A DNA stretch of 64,000 nucleotides, taken from NCBI GenBank assembly GCA_000965745.1, contig CP009479.1:1056001-1120000 (forward strand), given 5' to 3'. Origin of the DNA: an uncultured archaeon (GTDB lineage: Archaea; Thermoplasmatota; Thermoplasmata; Thermoplasmatales; Thermoplasmataceae). Every line of letters begins with the position of its first letter. Within the stretch, counting starts at the first letter, position 1. A model generated the notes under the pieces. That model saw only the letters and a list, made by a program, of their open reading frames with translations. It searched no databases and was not told where the DNA came from. A program made the position numbers and the translations under genes. Of this stretch, positions 10,081 to 20,551 are shown one piece after another.

Positions 10081-10677
10081 TTACCTTCTCAGTCTTCCGT
10101 TAGCTCTGATTGAAGGCCTGCTCTTCGAGCTTCCGGTTCTACCAGTCCCGAGGCCTCTTCCCTTGTATCCTGCAGAGGTCAGGCCTCTGTAGACTCTTCC
10201 GGTGTTTTGTGGTTCAGCGATCCAGGATATGTGCCTGTCTTTGTAGATAGTCGGCTGGTTCTTATCAACAAGGATAACCTCGTAATATTTGTAGCCACCA
10301 TCCTCGCCCACATAGTATGAATTCAAAACTTCCATGTTAGGGTATTTGTCTGCAACCCTTTCCTCAGCAATCCGCTGAATGCTCTTTTTGGGAGTAAGTT
10401 TGTTGTAAGCCATTCTTCTGGGCCTTCTTCCACCCATGATCTTTTGCCTGTTCCGGCCTCCTCTCCTAACTCTTGCCCTTACTATAGCGTATCCCACCTT
10501 TCTCTTGTAGCCAAGGGATCTCGCCCTGTCCACTCTGGTTGGATACTCAACTCTCTCAGTAGCAGAACCTTTTCTCCATTCGATCATTCTCTGTTTCTGG
10601 ATGTTGTAAGATTCGGCCTTCTTTAATTTCTTCCAGGCATCCCGAACTAAACTGTAAGTACTTGAAACTTCAGACAT
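10081..10677 (-). CDS. rpl15e: 50S ribosomal protein L15e
   Basis: [46 protein letters not shown] motifs. Confidence 0.97.
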   Translation of the reverse strand: MSEVSSTYSLVRDAWKKLKKAESYNIQKQRMIEWRKGSATERVEYPTRVDRARSLGYKRKVGYAIVRARVRRGGRNRQKIMGGRRPRRMAYNKLTPKKSIQRIAEERVADKYPNMEVLNSYYVGEDGGYKYYEVILVDKNQPTIYKDRHISWIAEPQNTGRVYRGLTSAGYKGRGLGTGRTGSSKSRPSIRANGRLRR

Positions 10678-10862
10678 TATTATCCGCCTTCAATAGTGAC
10701 AATTAAGGTGTAGCCCACCTAAATATAAATACCTTCTTAGATGGGGAATTCCTATTTCAGCTTATAGTTTGCATGCCGTTAAATTTCCCTCAATCTGAAC
10801 CATGACTGGAATGTCATATTATGCGATAGATAAATAAAATAGGACTGGTTAAAGGTGACACC

Positions 10863-11156
10863 TTGAAATCGTCCTCCTACAGGAAGAGATACATTCTGGT
10901 GTATTCTGACAACCTCCAATCCAGGATCAAGCACATAGATTCAGATCTATACAGGGTATTCAGGGCCAGAAGGAAATATATCAGGGGGAACTATGCCATT
11001 TTCAGGACTAACCAGTATTACAGGGATCAGTTCATAGAGTATGTGAAAAATGAGATGCCAGGCGTTGAAACGATAACAACGAGCGGTTCTATGAAAAAGT
11101 GCAAGGAAGCAATAGCAGCGAGGAAGGATACACAGATTATTGGAGCCAATCTCTGA
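10863..11156 (+). CDS. Divergent RNase P protein Pop5/Rpp14-like
   Basis: N-terminal RKRYILV and C-terminal TTSGSMKK match the Pop5 terminal motifs; adjacent to rpl15e. Confidence 0.6.
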   Translation: MKSSSYRKRYILVYSDNLQSRIKHIDSDLYRVFRARRKYIRGNYAIFRTNQYYRDQFIEYVKNEMPGVETITTSGSMKKCKEAIAARKDTQIIGANL

Positions 11157-11157
11157 C

Positions 11158-12450
11158 TCATTTCCCGGATTTTTTCAGCCTTGCAACCTCTTTATCTGAA
11201 AGCTGCAGCATTTTCTCGATACCCTCGAGGAACTTCTTGTCCCTGGTGGCGAGATAGGAGTAGAACCAGAAATAATCCCTTGTCTTTCTCTTGCTGGTAT
11301 GGGCGGCAACGCTAAGTTTCATCAGAAGCTGTTCCCTGCTTCTTCTAGCCTCCCGCATTCTTGACATGGATTTGATTATCTCTGGAAATTTGTATTTCAC
11401 ATAATGCTCGTTTTTCTCTTTGATCATTACAGAGACCCCTGCAGACATCTCTTCTGCATACATCTTGAACGCGTAATGCTGTTTCTTAAACACTCTGCCG
11501 ACAAGCCGATCGGCCCTGGACAGAACCTCGTACGCATCCATGAGGTCTTTTGGTTCCTGCGCCTCATCCGGTAGGTTCTGGTCAATCCACATCATGTAGT
11601 CCTCAGTTGTGAAATCCTTGTCGTAAAGGGTTCTAAGCACCTTGTTGTAGTCCTGTGACTTGAACGTGGTTGATATGGCTTTGTAAATATTCTGTGCAGA
11701 GTCTCTGTATCCGACATCTGCCTGGGATGAAGCCCCGCCCTGGCCATAGTCCCTAATTGACTCTATGTCATTCAGGATACCCCTTATGTCGTTCTCATTC
11801 CGTTCAACAATATCCATTATCTGGCTCTGGCCAATTTTAATGCCTTCTTCCCGCAGTATCTGGTTTATTCGGGCGAGAAGTTTCATCCTGAACTGTTTGT
11901 AATCTGTGTCGTTTCTTCTCTTGTACTGCAGGAATTCAATGTTCAGCGCTTCGTTTATGATCTCTGATGCACTTGATTTCCTCCTGAACTCGTAGTACTC
12001 GTTCATGGTCAGGACTATTGGGTTCCTGGTGGACTTTATGATCTTCGCAAGTTCACTTATTCCGCCGGTATCACCCCCGGATTGCCTGCTTCTTCCCTCA
12101 AAGATGTTGTCTGCCTCATCAATCAGAACAATCTTGTTTGGCCCTGACCTATTTTCGCCAATCGTGGTAAGATCGCCGTAAATGGAAGCCATTAGTGCAA
12201 TCCTCTTCATGCTGTCCCTGTTTCTCAGGTCGGACGCATTCATTTCCACGACGGGCCATCCGAGCTCGTTCGCAATTACATGCACGGTGGTTGTCTTTCC
12301 AACACCCGGTGGCCCATAAAGTATCATGGCCTTTTTCACAGGTGTGCCCTCTTTCCAGAGATCGATCCATTTGCTAATCTGGTCAAGTATGCTATCCGAA
12401 ACAATAAGATCCGCAATCTTCTTTGGCCTGTACTTCTCTACCCATACCAT
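11158..12450 (-). CDS. rfcL: Replication factor C large subunit
   Basis: WVEKYRP, GPPGVGKT, EMNASDLR, LIDEAD, DIRGILND motifs. Confidence 0.94.
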   Translation of the reverse strand: MVWVEKYRPKKIADLIVSDSILDQISKWIDLWKEGTPVKKAMILYGPPGVGKTTTVHVIANELGWPVVEMNASDLRNRDSMKRIALMASIYGDLTTIGENRSGPNKIVLIDEADNIFEGRSRQSGGDTGGISELAKIIKSTRNPIVLTMNEYYEFRRKSSASEIINEALNIEFLQYKRRNDTDYKQFRMKLLARINQILREEGIKIGQSQIMDIVERNENDIRGILNDIESIRDYGQGGASSQADVGYRDSAQNIYKAISTTFKSQDYNKVLRTLYDKDFTTEDYMMWIDQNLPDEAQEPKDLMDAYEVLSRADRLVGRVFKKQHYAFKMYAEEMSAGVSVMIKEKNEHYVKYKFPEIIKSMSRMREARRSREQLLMKLSVAAHTSKRKTRDYFWFYSYLATRDKKFLEGIEKMLQLSDKEVARLKKSGK

Positions 12451-12456
12451 ATTAAT

Positions 12457-12786
12457 TCAGGAAATCCTCATTCCGGCTGGAGATTCTCTATCGGTTGTTA
12501 CAAGTGTGAGAAAATCATCCCTCTCTGCCGCTAGAAGCATACCTTCACTTTCAAGGCCCATGATTTTGGCTTTCTTCAGATTGGCAACTACAATCAGAGT
12601 TTTGCCTATTAGTTCATCCGGGTCGTAATAATCGGATATGCTTGATATAATCTGTCTCCTTTCATCGCCTGTGTCAACAACTATTCTCAGCAGTCTCCTT
12701 GACTTTTCAACCTTTTCGCATTCAATGACCTTTGCAGTCTTGAGTTCTATTTTACCGAAATCATCGATTGTTATCTCGTCGACCAT
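12457..12786 (-). CDS. Standalone tRNA-binding OB domain (MetRS C-terminal/Trbp111/CsaA-like)
   Basis: ITIDDFGKIELKTAKV, RRQIISSI, VANLKKAKIMGLESEGMLL; start at ATG 12786. Confidence 0.88.
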   Translation of the reverse strand: MVDEITIDDFGKIELKTAKVIECEKVEKSRRLLRIVVDTGDERRQIISSISDYYDPDELIGKTLIVVANLKKAKIMGLESEGMLLAAERDDFLTLVTTDRESPAGMRIS

Positions 12787-13179
12787 TGGCACCAGTTTTG
12801 TGCATATGTGGTGATGGATATTATAATTTTCATTTTGTGGATTCTTGATGCACAGGCCAACCGACCGAACAATCTCGAACATGCCAAAACTCCGGCTGGT
12901 TCCGAGAGGCAAGTTAAATCGGTGTTCGCTGAATCGGAGGGATGAGTATTTTAAATCCTCAATATTAAGGAAACAGAGAAAGAGACGCAGGCGAATTGTC
13001 GCCTCTTCTGCCTGCTCTTATCACGGGTCAGAAAATATTTCTTCAGCCAGGGCTGAAACTAACTTACTCCACAGATTCAGATCAACAGCCGACTCAGGCA
13101 GAAACTGTTTGGAGCATTAAGTTCAGATGCTGTATTAAGTACCATAATATTTATCCTACTTGACTATCATTCGGTAACA

Positions 13180-14706
13180 TTGTTCGCACAGAAATCTCCT
13201 CTAATAGTTACTCAGAACGTGATCAACACTGTAGTCGGATACATCGGCCTGTTCTTCATTACTAGATTTCTGTCACCGGACGTTTTTGGTTTTCTCGCAT
13301 TTGTGATGGGCTTCGGCGGTGTGTTTTCATTCATAGCCGATATGGGCTTTTCAGCAGCCCATCAGAAGCATTTGTCCGAAGGGAAGGACATAGGAATATG
13401 CAACGGGACATATCTTGCTGTCAAGATCGTCCTCGGATTCGTCTACGTGGGAGTAGTCTTCGGGGCGCTATTTGTGTGGACCTCAGTCCTTCACAACGGA
13501 TTTGAGAATCCCGTGGAATTCTGGATGATTATTGCAATTACCCCGTACTATTTCTTCCAGAGCCTTCTAGGGTTTGCACAGGCATATTTCACCGCAAAAC
13601 TCTCGCCAGCAAGAATGGCGATTCCATCCATTGCCGAAGCGATCATACGAAACTCTATCTTCATAGGCCTTGGCCTGATATTCTATCTTCACCTTTCCTA
13701 CGGCAATGAGATACATGCTGCAATTCTGCTGGCCGCTACCTACAGTTTCTCCTATTCAATCTACTTCGTTCTTGGAGTGGTTCTTGGTCGGCCATGGGTC
13801 ATCTCGAGGCCCACACGAAGAATGTTCAACCTTTACGCAGCTATTGCGATTCCGCTGGCGGTCTCGGGAAGCCTGGGTGTAATCAATGGGAATGTTGACA
13901 AAGTAATCATACAGTATTACTGGCACGCAGTCGCGACAGGTGCCTTCTATCTGGACCAGAAGATAGTCCAGAGCATGACCGCGCTAGCAGCGGCCATCAC
14001 GGTATTCTTCCTCCCTCTGCTCTCAAGGATAACAAAAGCTGAACAGGCGGAGGAGTTCACCAGTTCCATCAGCCAGTTCGAGAGGATGACATCGCTCTTC
14101 GTTTTGCCATTCATAGTGATATTTATCGCGCTGAACAGATTCATTGTAAACCTGTTTAACGCTGCGTATGTTGAGTATTCCGTGATCCTGTCTGTTCTTG
14201 CTTTGAACGTGTACTTCAACGTGACGCTCATGCCTTATGCATCTGCACTCACTGCCAGGGGAAGAACGAGAATAATAGCGGCAGTTTCAGGCATACGGGT
14301 GTCTCTCAACATAGCCCTTAACCTGATTCTGGTACCTCCCATCATATTTGGCATAACTTTCCTGTCTCTGGGCGTAGTTGGCGCAGCTGTCAGCTCACTC
14401 ACTGCGACCATTGTAAACAATATTTTCTTCAGGTATATCCTCCTGAAAGGCGAGGGCGCGAAAGCGAGCGCAGGAATTCTGAAACACCTGATACCAGTGG
14501 GGGCACAATTCCTGTCGATCTACATAATGCTGATGTTCTTCACGCCATATCCAATATTCGTTCTTGCACCATTCGCCGTGGTTTCCCTGCTTGTCTACCT
14601 TGGAGTAGCGATCGCAATTAAGGAAATATCATTCAGCCAGGTCTGGACATTTGCCATGTCCCTGAACCCGCTGGTGATGCTGAAACAACTGAGGGAAGAA
14701 AGATAG
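13180..14706 (+). CDS. Oligosaccharide flippase (Wzx/MOP family)
   Basis: About 14 TM helices; ADMGFSAA, NVDKVIIQY, SLNIALNLILVP...LGVVGAAVSS motifs. Confidence 0.82.
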   Translation: MFAQKSPLIVTQNVINTVVGYIGLFFITRFLSPDVFGFLAFVMGFGGVFSFIADMGFSAAHQKHLSEGKDIGICNGTYLAVKIVLGFVYVGVVFGALFVWTSVLHNGFENPVEFWMIIAITPYYFFQSLLGFAQAYFTAKLSPARMAIPSIAEAIIRNSIFIGLGLIFYLHLSYGNEIHAAILLAATYSFSYSIYFVLGVVLGRPWVISRPTRRMFNLYAAIAIPLAVSGSLGVINGNVDKVIIQYYWHAVATGAFYLDQKIVQSMTALAAAITVFFLPLLSRITKAEQAEEFTSSISQFERMTSLFVLPFIVIFIALNRFIVNLFNAAYVEYSVILSVLALNVYFNVTLMPYASALTARGRTRIIAAVSGIRVSLNIALNLILVPPIIFGITFLSLGVVGAAVSSLTATIVNNIFFRYILLKGEGAKASAGILKHLIPVGAQFLSIYIMLMFFTPYPIFVLAPFAVVSLLVYLGVAIAIKEISFSQVWTFAMSLNPLVMLKQLREER

Positions 14707-15903
14707 TTACTGCTTCAGGAAATCTTTGCCAAGCGTTTCACGGGCGATTATGTGCTTCATTATCTCCCTGGAACCCTCTGCTAGATAGAAAGATCTTATG
14801 CCCCTGAGAGCCCATTCCTCCGGGCAGTCCTTTGAGTACCCGAAGGCACCCTGCCACTGAAGTGCATCATTTATTGCCTCAAAGGCCCAGGTTGTTGAAA
14901 GAAGCTTAGCCTCTGCCATTTTCTTGCTGACCTCGAATCTGGTAAATCTTCCATGTTTCTGTTCCTGATCATAGGTCCACAGGGCCTGATACCCAAGGCC
15001 TCTCGCAGCATCTATCTTAGCCACGTTGTCAGCAAGCTGGAACTGGAGGCCCTGGTTTTTACCAATGGGCTGCCCGAATGCCTTTCTTGTCTTCATGTAA
15101 TTGACTCCGTTCTCGATAGACTTGGCAGCCGCACCAGCTGCTATGACGGAGATGAGACCCCTAGCCAGCTCAAAACCTTCGTGAACAAGCTTGAACCCTT
15201 TATTCTCTTCCCCGAGCATGTACTTCTTTTCAAGCTCTATGTCGTGAAACCGGAATGCTCCCCATGAAGAACCTTCTCTTCCCATTTCCTCGAGATAGGT
15301 TATGTCGAATTTGCCCTCAATATACGGCATATAGAAAAGAGAAACACCGGATGTCCCCCTGTTCATATCAGTTTTTGCGACTGTTACGTAACCCCCGCTC
15401 CTTTCCTTTATGTCCCTCACAAGGCTGACAAAGGATTTTTCTCCGTGAAGGACGTATTTATCGCCATTCCTGTCAGCCCTGCTTGTCATTGAGCCTATAT
15501 CGGAACCAAAATTGGGCTCTGTCGAGGCGATCCCCATCAGCGACTCTCCCTTTGCGACCTTTGGGAGGACCTCTTCCTTGAGCTCTTCTGAACCGTACTT
15601 GCTCACAAGGTATGACCATGCGTTATCAACAAGAAACAGTACTGGTATGGACACTGTCGGATCAGCCATTGCAATCTCTTCTGCAACTATTCCGGTGGTC
15701 ACGGCATCCGCACCCATTCCGCCATACTCCTCAGGAACAGTCATTCCAAGCAGATTCATTCTGGAAAGGCCCTTAAAGACGGAATCAGGGATCTTTCTTA
15801 TCTTGAACATTTCTTTGATTACTGGTGATATCTCCTTCTGGGCGAATTCTTTGACTGAACTTCTTAAAATATCCTGCTCCTCTGTGAAGGTATAATCGAG
15901 CAT
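14707..15903 (-). CDS. Acyl-CoA dehydrogenase
   Basis: VPEEYGGMG, STEPNFGSD, GEKSFV, RKAFGQPI, GAFGYS, EGSREIMK motifs. Confidence 0.94.
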   Translation of the reverse strand: MLDYTFTEEQDILRSSVKEFAQKEISPVIKEMFKIRKIPDSVFKGLSRMNLLGMTVPEEYGGMGADAVTTGIVAEEIAMADPTVSIPVLFLVDNAWSYLVSKYGSEELKEEVLPKVAKGESLMGIASTEPNFGSDIGSMTSRADRNGDKYVLHGEKSFVSLVRDIKERSGGYVTVAKTDMNRGTSGVSLFYMPYIEGKFDITYLEEMGREGSSWGAFRFHDIELEKKYMLGEENKGFKLVHEGFELARGLISVIAAGAAAKSIENGVNYMKTRKAFGQPIGKNQGLQFQLADNVAKIDAARGLGYQALWTYDQEQKHGRFTRFEVSKKMAEAKLLSTTWAFEAINDALQWQGAFGYSKDCPEEWALRGIRSFYLAEGSREIMKHIIARETLGKDFLKQ

Positions 15904-16006
15904 GAAATCATGAGGCTTTGGAAATTTAATATTGTTTACATCTGGACAAAATTATGCACATTGCCATCCCCTGTAATATTTTTATACTTCTCAGTGTTGA
16001 TTTTCT

Positions 16007-16870
16007 ATGGGCCGGCGAATGCTCATTGCGATAGTAATTGCAGTTGCCTTCATCATGGTGGTGAGCATCAGCCCAATTAGATACGTCATACATGAAGACA
16101 AGTATTTTTTGGATAAACTGCCTGTACAGAATCTCAGCGACTACAATTTTCCTGCAGGTTCCCGCAATTTGTCATGGTACGAACCTCCGAATCTGACCCT
16201 TAGGGGGGCTGATCAGGTGGTCAGTGCTATGTTGAACCTTTCTCCTTCTGAATCAGGGGGCAGTATAAAGGTAACAACAGGGTACTGGGCGTTCTACAAT
16301 AAGAGTACAAATCTTGTGATCAACGTTGTCGAAGAGACAATGAGCACCAAAGGAGGAATCTATGTTGCTTCTGGTATTATGCCGGGCCTGGTACCAGATT
16401 ATAGGCCCCAATACAAATACAGCTCAAAAATATCCATAGCACTTCCAGGCAACAGTTCAGAAACCAGCGTGTATTACAACCCGGATAATACGATCACTGG
16501 AAGTGTCCCATCACACTGGTACTTTGGGTATGGGAACACAAGCAGGCTGCCTTTCGGGTACCCTGAATATGGGGAGGGAAATTCTTCCTCTGGGCAGATG
16601 CTGTCAACGGGAATGAATATGTCTTATTTCACCTTGAATACCGTGAGTGAAACTGTTCTGAAAGGGACGTGGGAATTCTATGATATGAACTATCAGCACT
16701 CTCTGGAAATGCACTCTGTTTCCTATATAGTCTCAACCGCGTTTACACCTGTTAAGGGAGTGAACTATGTTGGCCTGAACGTTTCCAACTTGTTTGCGCA
16801 GTCACAGGGATTCGTTCATCACTATTATGTCGTGCAGGAGTCCTATTCTATCCCAGTCTATCTGAGTTGA
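16007..16870 (+). CDS. Hypothetical secreted or surface protein
   Basis: N-terminal signal/anchor helix; S/T/Y/N-rich with glycosylation sequons. Confidence 0.7.
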   Translation: MGRRMLIAIVIAVAFIMVVSISPIRYVIHEDKYFLDKLPVQNLSDYNFPAGSRNLSWYEPPNLTLRGADQVVSAMLNLSPSESGGSIKVTTGYWAFYNKSTNLVINVVEETMSTKGGIYVASGIMPGLVPDYRPQYKYSSKISIALPGNSSETSVYYNPDNTITGSVPSHWYFGYGNTSRLPFGYPEYGEGNSSSGQMLSTGMNMSYFTLNTVSETVLKGTWEFYDMNYQHSLEMHSVSYIVSTAFTPVKGVNYVGLNVSNLFAQSQGFVHHYYVVQESYSIPVYLS

Positions 16871-16895
16871 CAGAAAAAAAATTTGCAGAAATCAG

Positions 16896-17852
16896 TCAGT
16901 TTATTCCTTCCGGAACAATCTGGCTGAAGTCTATCTTGGCCTTCGACGGGTCCTTTGAGATAAGCGTGACTCTGCTGTCCCTCCTTTCTGCTGTAAAATC
17001 ATAGCCAAGATTGCTTGCAAGCTGTTTCGAGAAATCAACAACGCTGTCATGAGAAGGCATGTTGTCGATAGAAAGCCTGTATATAGACTGCCCAACGTGA
17101 ACGTAGCCCTTGGATTCAATGAAGTCAGGCTGCGAAACACTGTCCATCTTTGTGTATTCGTCCAGGTATGGCATGTTTATGTCCTTGACGAGTGTGTGCC
17201 TTATGACAGTCCTTGTGTCAAGCGAAGGGAGGAGCTCTAGCGTCTTCCAGAAATTCTCCCACGCGTTCCCGATGGCAGGGTTCAGCAGTTCGTTGAAAAT
17301 CTCTTTGTTCGGGCCTGCAGTGGTCACATATAGCTGTGTCGGAAGCGGGTCAAGTTTTTCCAGAACCATCGGCAGTGTGCCATTTGTCACAAGGAAGGTG
17401 GACATCCCCCTCTTCCTCGCCAGTTCTATGAATTCTCCGAGCCTGGTGTAAAGAGTCGGCTCTCCAGTAAGTGAGATGGCTATGTGCTTGGGGTTGTAGG
17501 CCTCATCCCACATCTCCTTTGACATATTCTGGTTTCCCTTGAAGCCGGAAATTAACTTTCTGTGAGCCTTAATGGATTCCTCGAGGATGAATTCCGGATC
17601 GTCCTCGTCTGAAATGTGCATGCTGTCGAACCCCTGGAACCTCCAGCAGAATGAGCAGTTTTCAGTGCATGAGGTGAGTGCGGGGGTCATCTGTACGCAT
17701 TGGTGTGAACCTATACCGTAAAAAGTCCCTTTGTAACAGCCTTCGCCACCTCTCAGCTTGTCCTTTGTCCAGTGGCAGACCTTGACTCCTGAGTGTTTTC
17801 CTACAAGGCCATAATGCTGTTTTTTGTAAATCTGGACGTAGTTATTTTCCAC
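16896..17852 (-). CDS. taw1: 4-demethylwyosine synthase (radical SAM, Taw1/TYW1)
   Basis: HSGVKVCHW, CYKGTFYGI, CTENCSFCWR, AISLTGEP, FLVTNG motifs. Confidence 0.94.
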   Translation of the reverse strand: MENNYVQIYKKQHYGLVGKHSGVKVCHWTKDKLRGGEGCYKGTFYGIGSHQCVQMTPALTSCTENCSFCWRFQGFDSMHISDEDDPEFILEESIKAHRKLISGFKGNQNMSKEMWDEAYNPKHIAISLTGEPTLYTRLGEFIELARKRGMSTFLVTNGTLPMVLEKLDPLPTQLYVTTAGPNKEIFNELLNPAIGNAWENFWKTLELLPSLDTRTVIRHTLVKDINMPYLDEYTKMDSVSQPDFIESKGYVHVGQSIYRLSIDNMPSHDSVVDFSKQLASNLGYDFTAERRDSRVTLISKDPSKAKIDFSQIVPEGIN

Positions 17853-17944
17853 AGTTCAAGAAAGTTAGCGATTATATAACCTTAGTGTTAGGATATTCAG
17901 TAAGAATAAAAAAAATTGGAGGTTGGTGTGAGGGTGTGGATGGA

Positions 17945-19603
17945 TTACTCCATTCCACCCATGCCGCCCATACCTGGGGGCATTCCGCCGCCTGGAGGCA
18001 TGCCTGGTGGGGCTCCGCCCTGTCCACCGGATGATTTTGTAGCTATTACATCATCAATCCTGAGAATCATGACGCTTGCCTCTGTGGCAGAATCAATGAC
18101 CTGCTTTCCGACTCTGATAGGCTCAATAACGCCTGCCTTCTCCATGTCCTCGACCTGGCCGGTGTAGACGTTCACGCCCATGTTCTTCTTTCCATTGGCG
18201 TGTTCCTGCCTCATCTTTATCAGTATGTCGATCGGATCAAGTCCTGCATTCTCTGCAAGAGCCCTCGGGATTTCCTCGAGTGCGTTTGCGAATCTCTCGA
18301 TTGCGAGCTGCTGCCTGCCGCCGACCTTTGAAGCGTACTCCCTCATCTTGTAGGCGATCTCGGCTGCAGCTGCTCCACCGCCGAGTGTGTATGCTCCATC
18401 CTCGAGTGCTGTTGCAACCACATGAAGTGAGTCTGTAAGGGATCTGTCTATCTCATCGACAACGTGCTCTGTTCCGCCTCTGACCAGGACGCTTACAGCC
18501 TTGGGGTTCTTGCAGCCTGTTACGAATGTCATATAGTCGTCTCCGACCTTGACCTGCTCAACTCTCTCGGCATATCCGAGATCGTTTTCCCCTATTTCGT
18601 CCATGGAAGCCGCTATTGAAGCTCCCGTTGCCTTGGCGAGTTTTTCAATATCGCTTTTCTTCACCCTTCTTACAGCGTATATGCCTTCCTTTGAAAGGTA
18701 GTGCTGTGCCATGTCGTCTATCCCTTTCTGAGTTATCAGGACTGTGGCTCCAGTTGCCTTGACTTTCTGCACCATTTCCTTGAGGAGGTCCTCTTCCTGT
18801 GAAAGGAATTTCTGTATCATTGAGGGGTCGTCGATCCTTATGTTTGTGTCAAACTCAGGCTTCTTGATTTCAAGTGCTGCGTTGAGCAGGGCTATCTTGG
18901 CGTCTTTAACAAGCCCGGGCATTCCGGGGTGTACCTTCTCCTTGTCCACAATGATCCCGTTGATCATTTCAGTGGCGTCTATGTCGGCTCCCTGCTTCTT
19001 TACGACCTGTATGTTGTCGAAATCAACAGTGTACTTTCCCTCGTTCTGCTCAGCTACGGCCTTTACAAGCTCGTATGAGATCTCAGCCAGTTTTTCCTTT
19101 GCTCCGGAAGCGCTCTTGCTGCTAAGTGAAGTCTGCGCCATCTTCATGAGAAGTTCCTTGTCGTCAGGCTTTACCTTCTTTGAAACATCATCAAGAATCT
19201 TCTTGGCATGAAGAGCGGCGGTCCTGTACCCGTTTGCTATAACGGTCGGATGCACGTTCTGTGCAATCAGATTTTCAGCTTCCTGAAGCAGTGCGCCAGC
19301 AACAATGACTGCTGTTGTAGTACCGTCTCCAACGTATGAATCCTGGGTCTTTGAGACCTCCACCATCATCTTGGCAGCCGGATGCTCCACATCCATTTCT
19401 TTGAGAATGGTGACTCCGTCGTTGGTGATAACAATGTCTCCCAAGGAGTCTACCAGCATTTTATCCATGCCTCTCGGTCCAAGGCTGGACCTTACTGCCT
19501 GGGCGATACCTTTCGCAGCTTCGATGTTGTTTTTCATCGCGTCCCTTCCGGACTCTCTCTTTGTTCCTTCTTTAAGTATGAATATTGGTTGTCCACCCAT
19601 CAT
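17945..19603 (-). CDS. thsB: Thermosome (group II chaperonin), beta-type subunit
   Basis: [29 protein letters not shown]; N-terminus [16 protein letters not shown] resembles the Thermoplasma beta subunit as I recall it. Confidence 0.92.
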   Translation of the reverse strand: MMGGQPIFILKEGTKRESGRDAMKNNIEAAKGIAQAVRSSLGPRGMDKMLVDSLGDIVITNDGVTILKEMDVEHPAAKMMVEVSKTQDSYVGDGTTTAVIVAGALLQEAENLIAQNVHPTVIANGYRTAALHAKKILDDVSKKVKPDDKELLMKMAQTSLSSKSASGAKEKLAEISYELVKAVAEQNEGKYTVDFDNIQVVKKQGADIDATEMINGIIVDKEKVHPGMPGLVKDAKIALLNAALEIKKPEFDTNIRIDDPSMIQKFLSQEEDLLKEMVQKVKATGATVLITQKGIDDMAQHYLSKEGIYAVRRVKKSDIEKLAKATGASIAASMDEIGENDLGYAERVEQVKVGDDYMTFVTGCKNPKAVSVLVRGGTEHVVDEIDRSLTDSLHVVATALEDGAYTLGGGAAAAEIAYKMREYASKVGGRQQLAIERFANALEEIPRALAENAGLDPIDILIKMRQEHANGKKNMGVNVYTGQVEDMEKAGVIEPIRVGKQVIDSATEASVMILRIDDVIATKSSGGQGGAPPGMPPGGGMPPGMGGMGGME

Positions 19604-19738
19604 ATCTATCCAATTGCGTAAAAATAAACTTCTATATAAGTATTTCTAATTTCATCTGGACTGTGTAATGCATTGTTTTTGCATTGAATTTTTGGATGTG
19701 GAATGAATTGTTGATAATTTTTTTAACCTGAACTATAT

Positions 19739-20035
19739 ATGTCATGCATGATAGAGTTCAATACCTTTGAGAGAGGAGACAAAACATACACTTACCTGAA
19801 AGTTGAAATGGGAAAGGCTCCGTTTCTTCTTGTCAAAGGGCAGAAAGGGTATATTATGTGCGGATACATGAACCTGGAGGCTGCAACAAAGCTTGGAGAT
19901 CTGGGTGTCAGGGTCTCAGGAGTAAGCGACCTCAACACGGTTCTTGAAAGCAAGGTTGCTGGATGCACCCCAGCCGCGAAGGAAGCTGGAATCGAGGAAG
20001 GAGACAGGGTATCGGACATCATCCACCTGATATAA
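19739..20035 (+). CDS. YunC/DUF1805 family protein
   Basis: KGYIMCGYMNL, RVSGV...L, TPAAKEAGIEEG pattern. Confidence 0.85.
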   Translation: MSCMIEFNTFERGDKTYTYLKVEMGKAPFLLVKGQKGYIMCGYMNLEAATKLGDLGVRVSGVSDLNTVLESKVAGCTPAAKEAGIEEGDRVSDIIHLI

Positions 20036-20060
20036 ACCGGGAAAACAGAAAAGGAAAGAA

Positions 20061-20546
20061 ATGAGCAAAGGAAAAGGCGAAGCTGCTGTCGGGCTTCTGA
20101 CAAACGGGGAAAATATTCTGCTTATCAAAAGGGCGAAAAGGGATGGAGACCCATGGTCCGGGCACATCGCCCTACCCGGAGGGTTTGTCAAGGATGGGGA
20201 ATCCAGGGAGAAAGCAGTTCTGAGAGAGATATTGGAGGAGACATCCATTGATCTTGGGGAGAATTCAATAGTAAGAAGGATGCCTGCCCAGCATCCAATG
20301 AACAGGAGATATGTAACAGTCTACCCGTTCGTCCTGTCCGTCCAGGGATATGAAGGTGCTATTCCTGGACCTGAGGTGGAAGACATAAGGGTGGTAAGGC
20401 TCAAGGACCTTGTGCATAAAGAACATTACTTCTATGGGAGGGACGCCTATCTGGCAGACGACTGGATTATCTGGGGCCTCACCTATAAGATACTTGCCGA
20501 TTACTTTAACGGTGGACCCTACGGGCGCAGCTCGGTGACCACCTGA
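20061..20546 (+). CDS. Nudix hydrolase (CoA pyrophosphatase-like)
   Basis: DPWSGHIALPGG...AVLREILEETSI Nudix box; IWGLT motif. Confidence 0.88.
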   Translation: MSKGKGEAAVGLLTNGENILLIKRAKRDGDPWSGHIALPGGFVKDGESREKAVLREILEETSIDLGENSIVRRMPAQHPMNRRYVTVYPFVLSVQGYEGAIPGPEVEDIRVVRLKDLVHKEHYFYGRDAYLADDWIIWGLTYKILADYFNGGPYGRSSVTT

Positions 20547-20551
20547 TCTGC

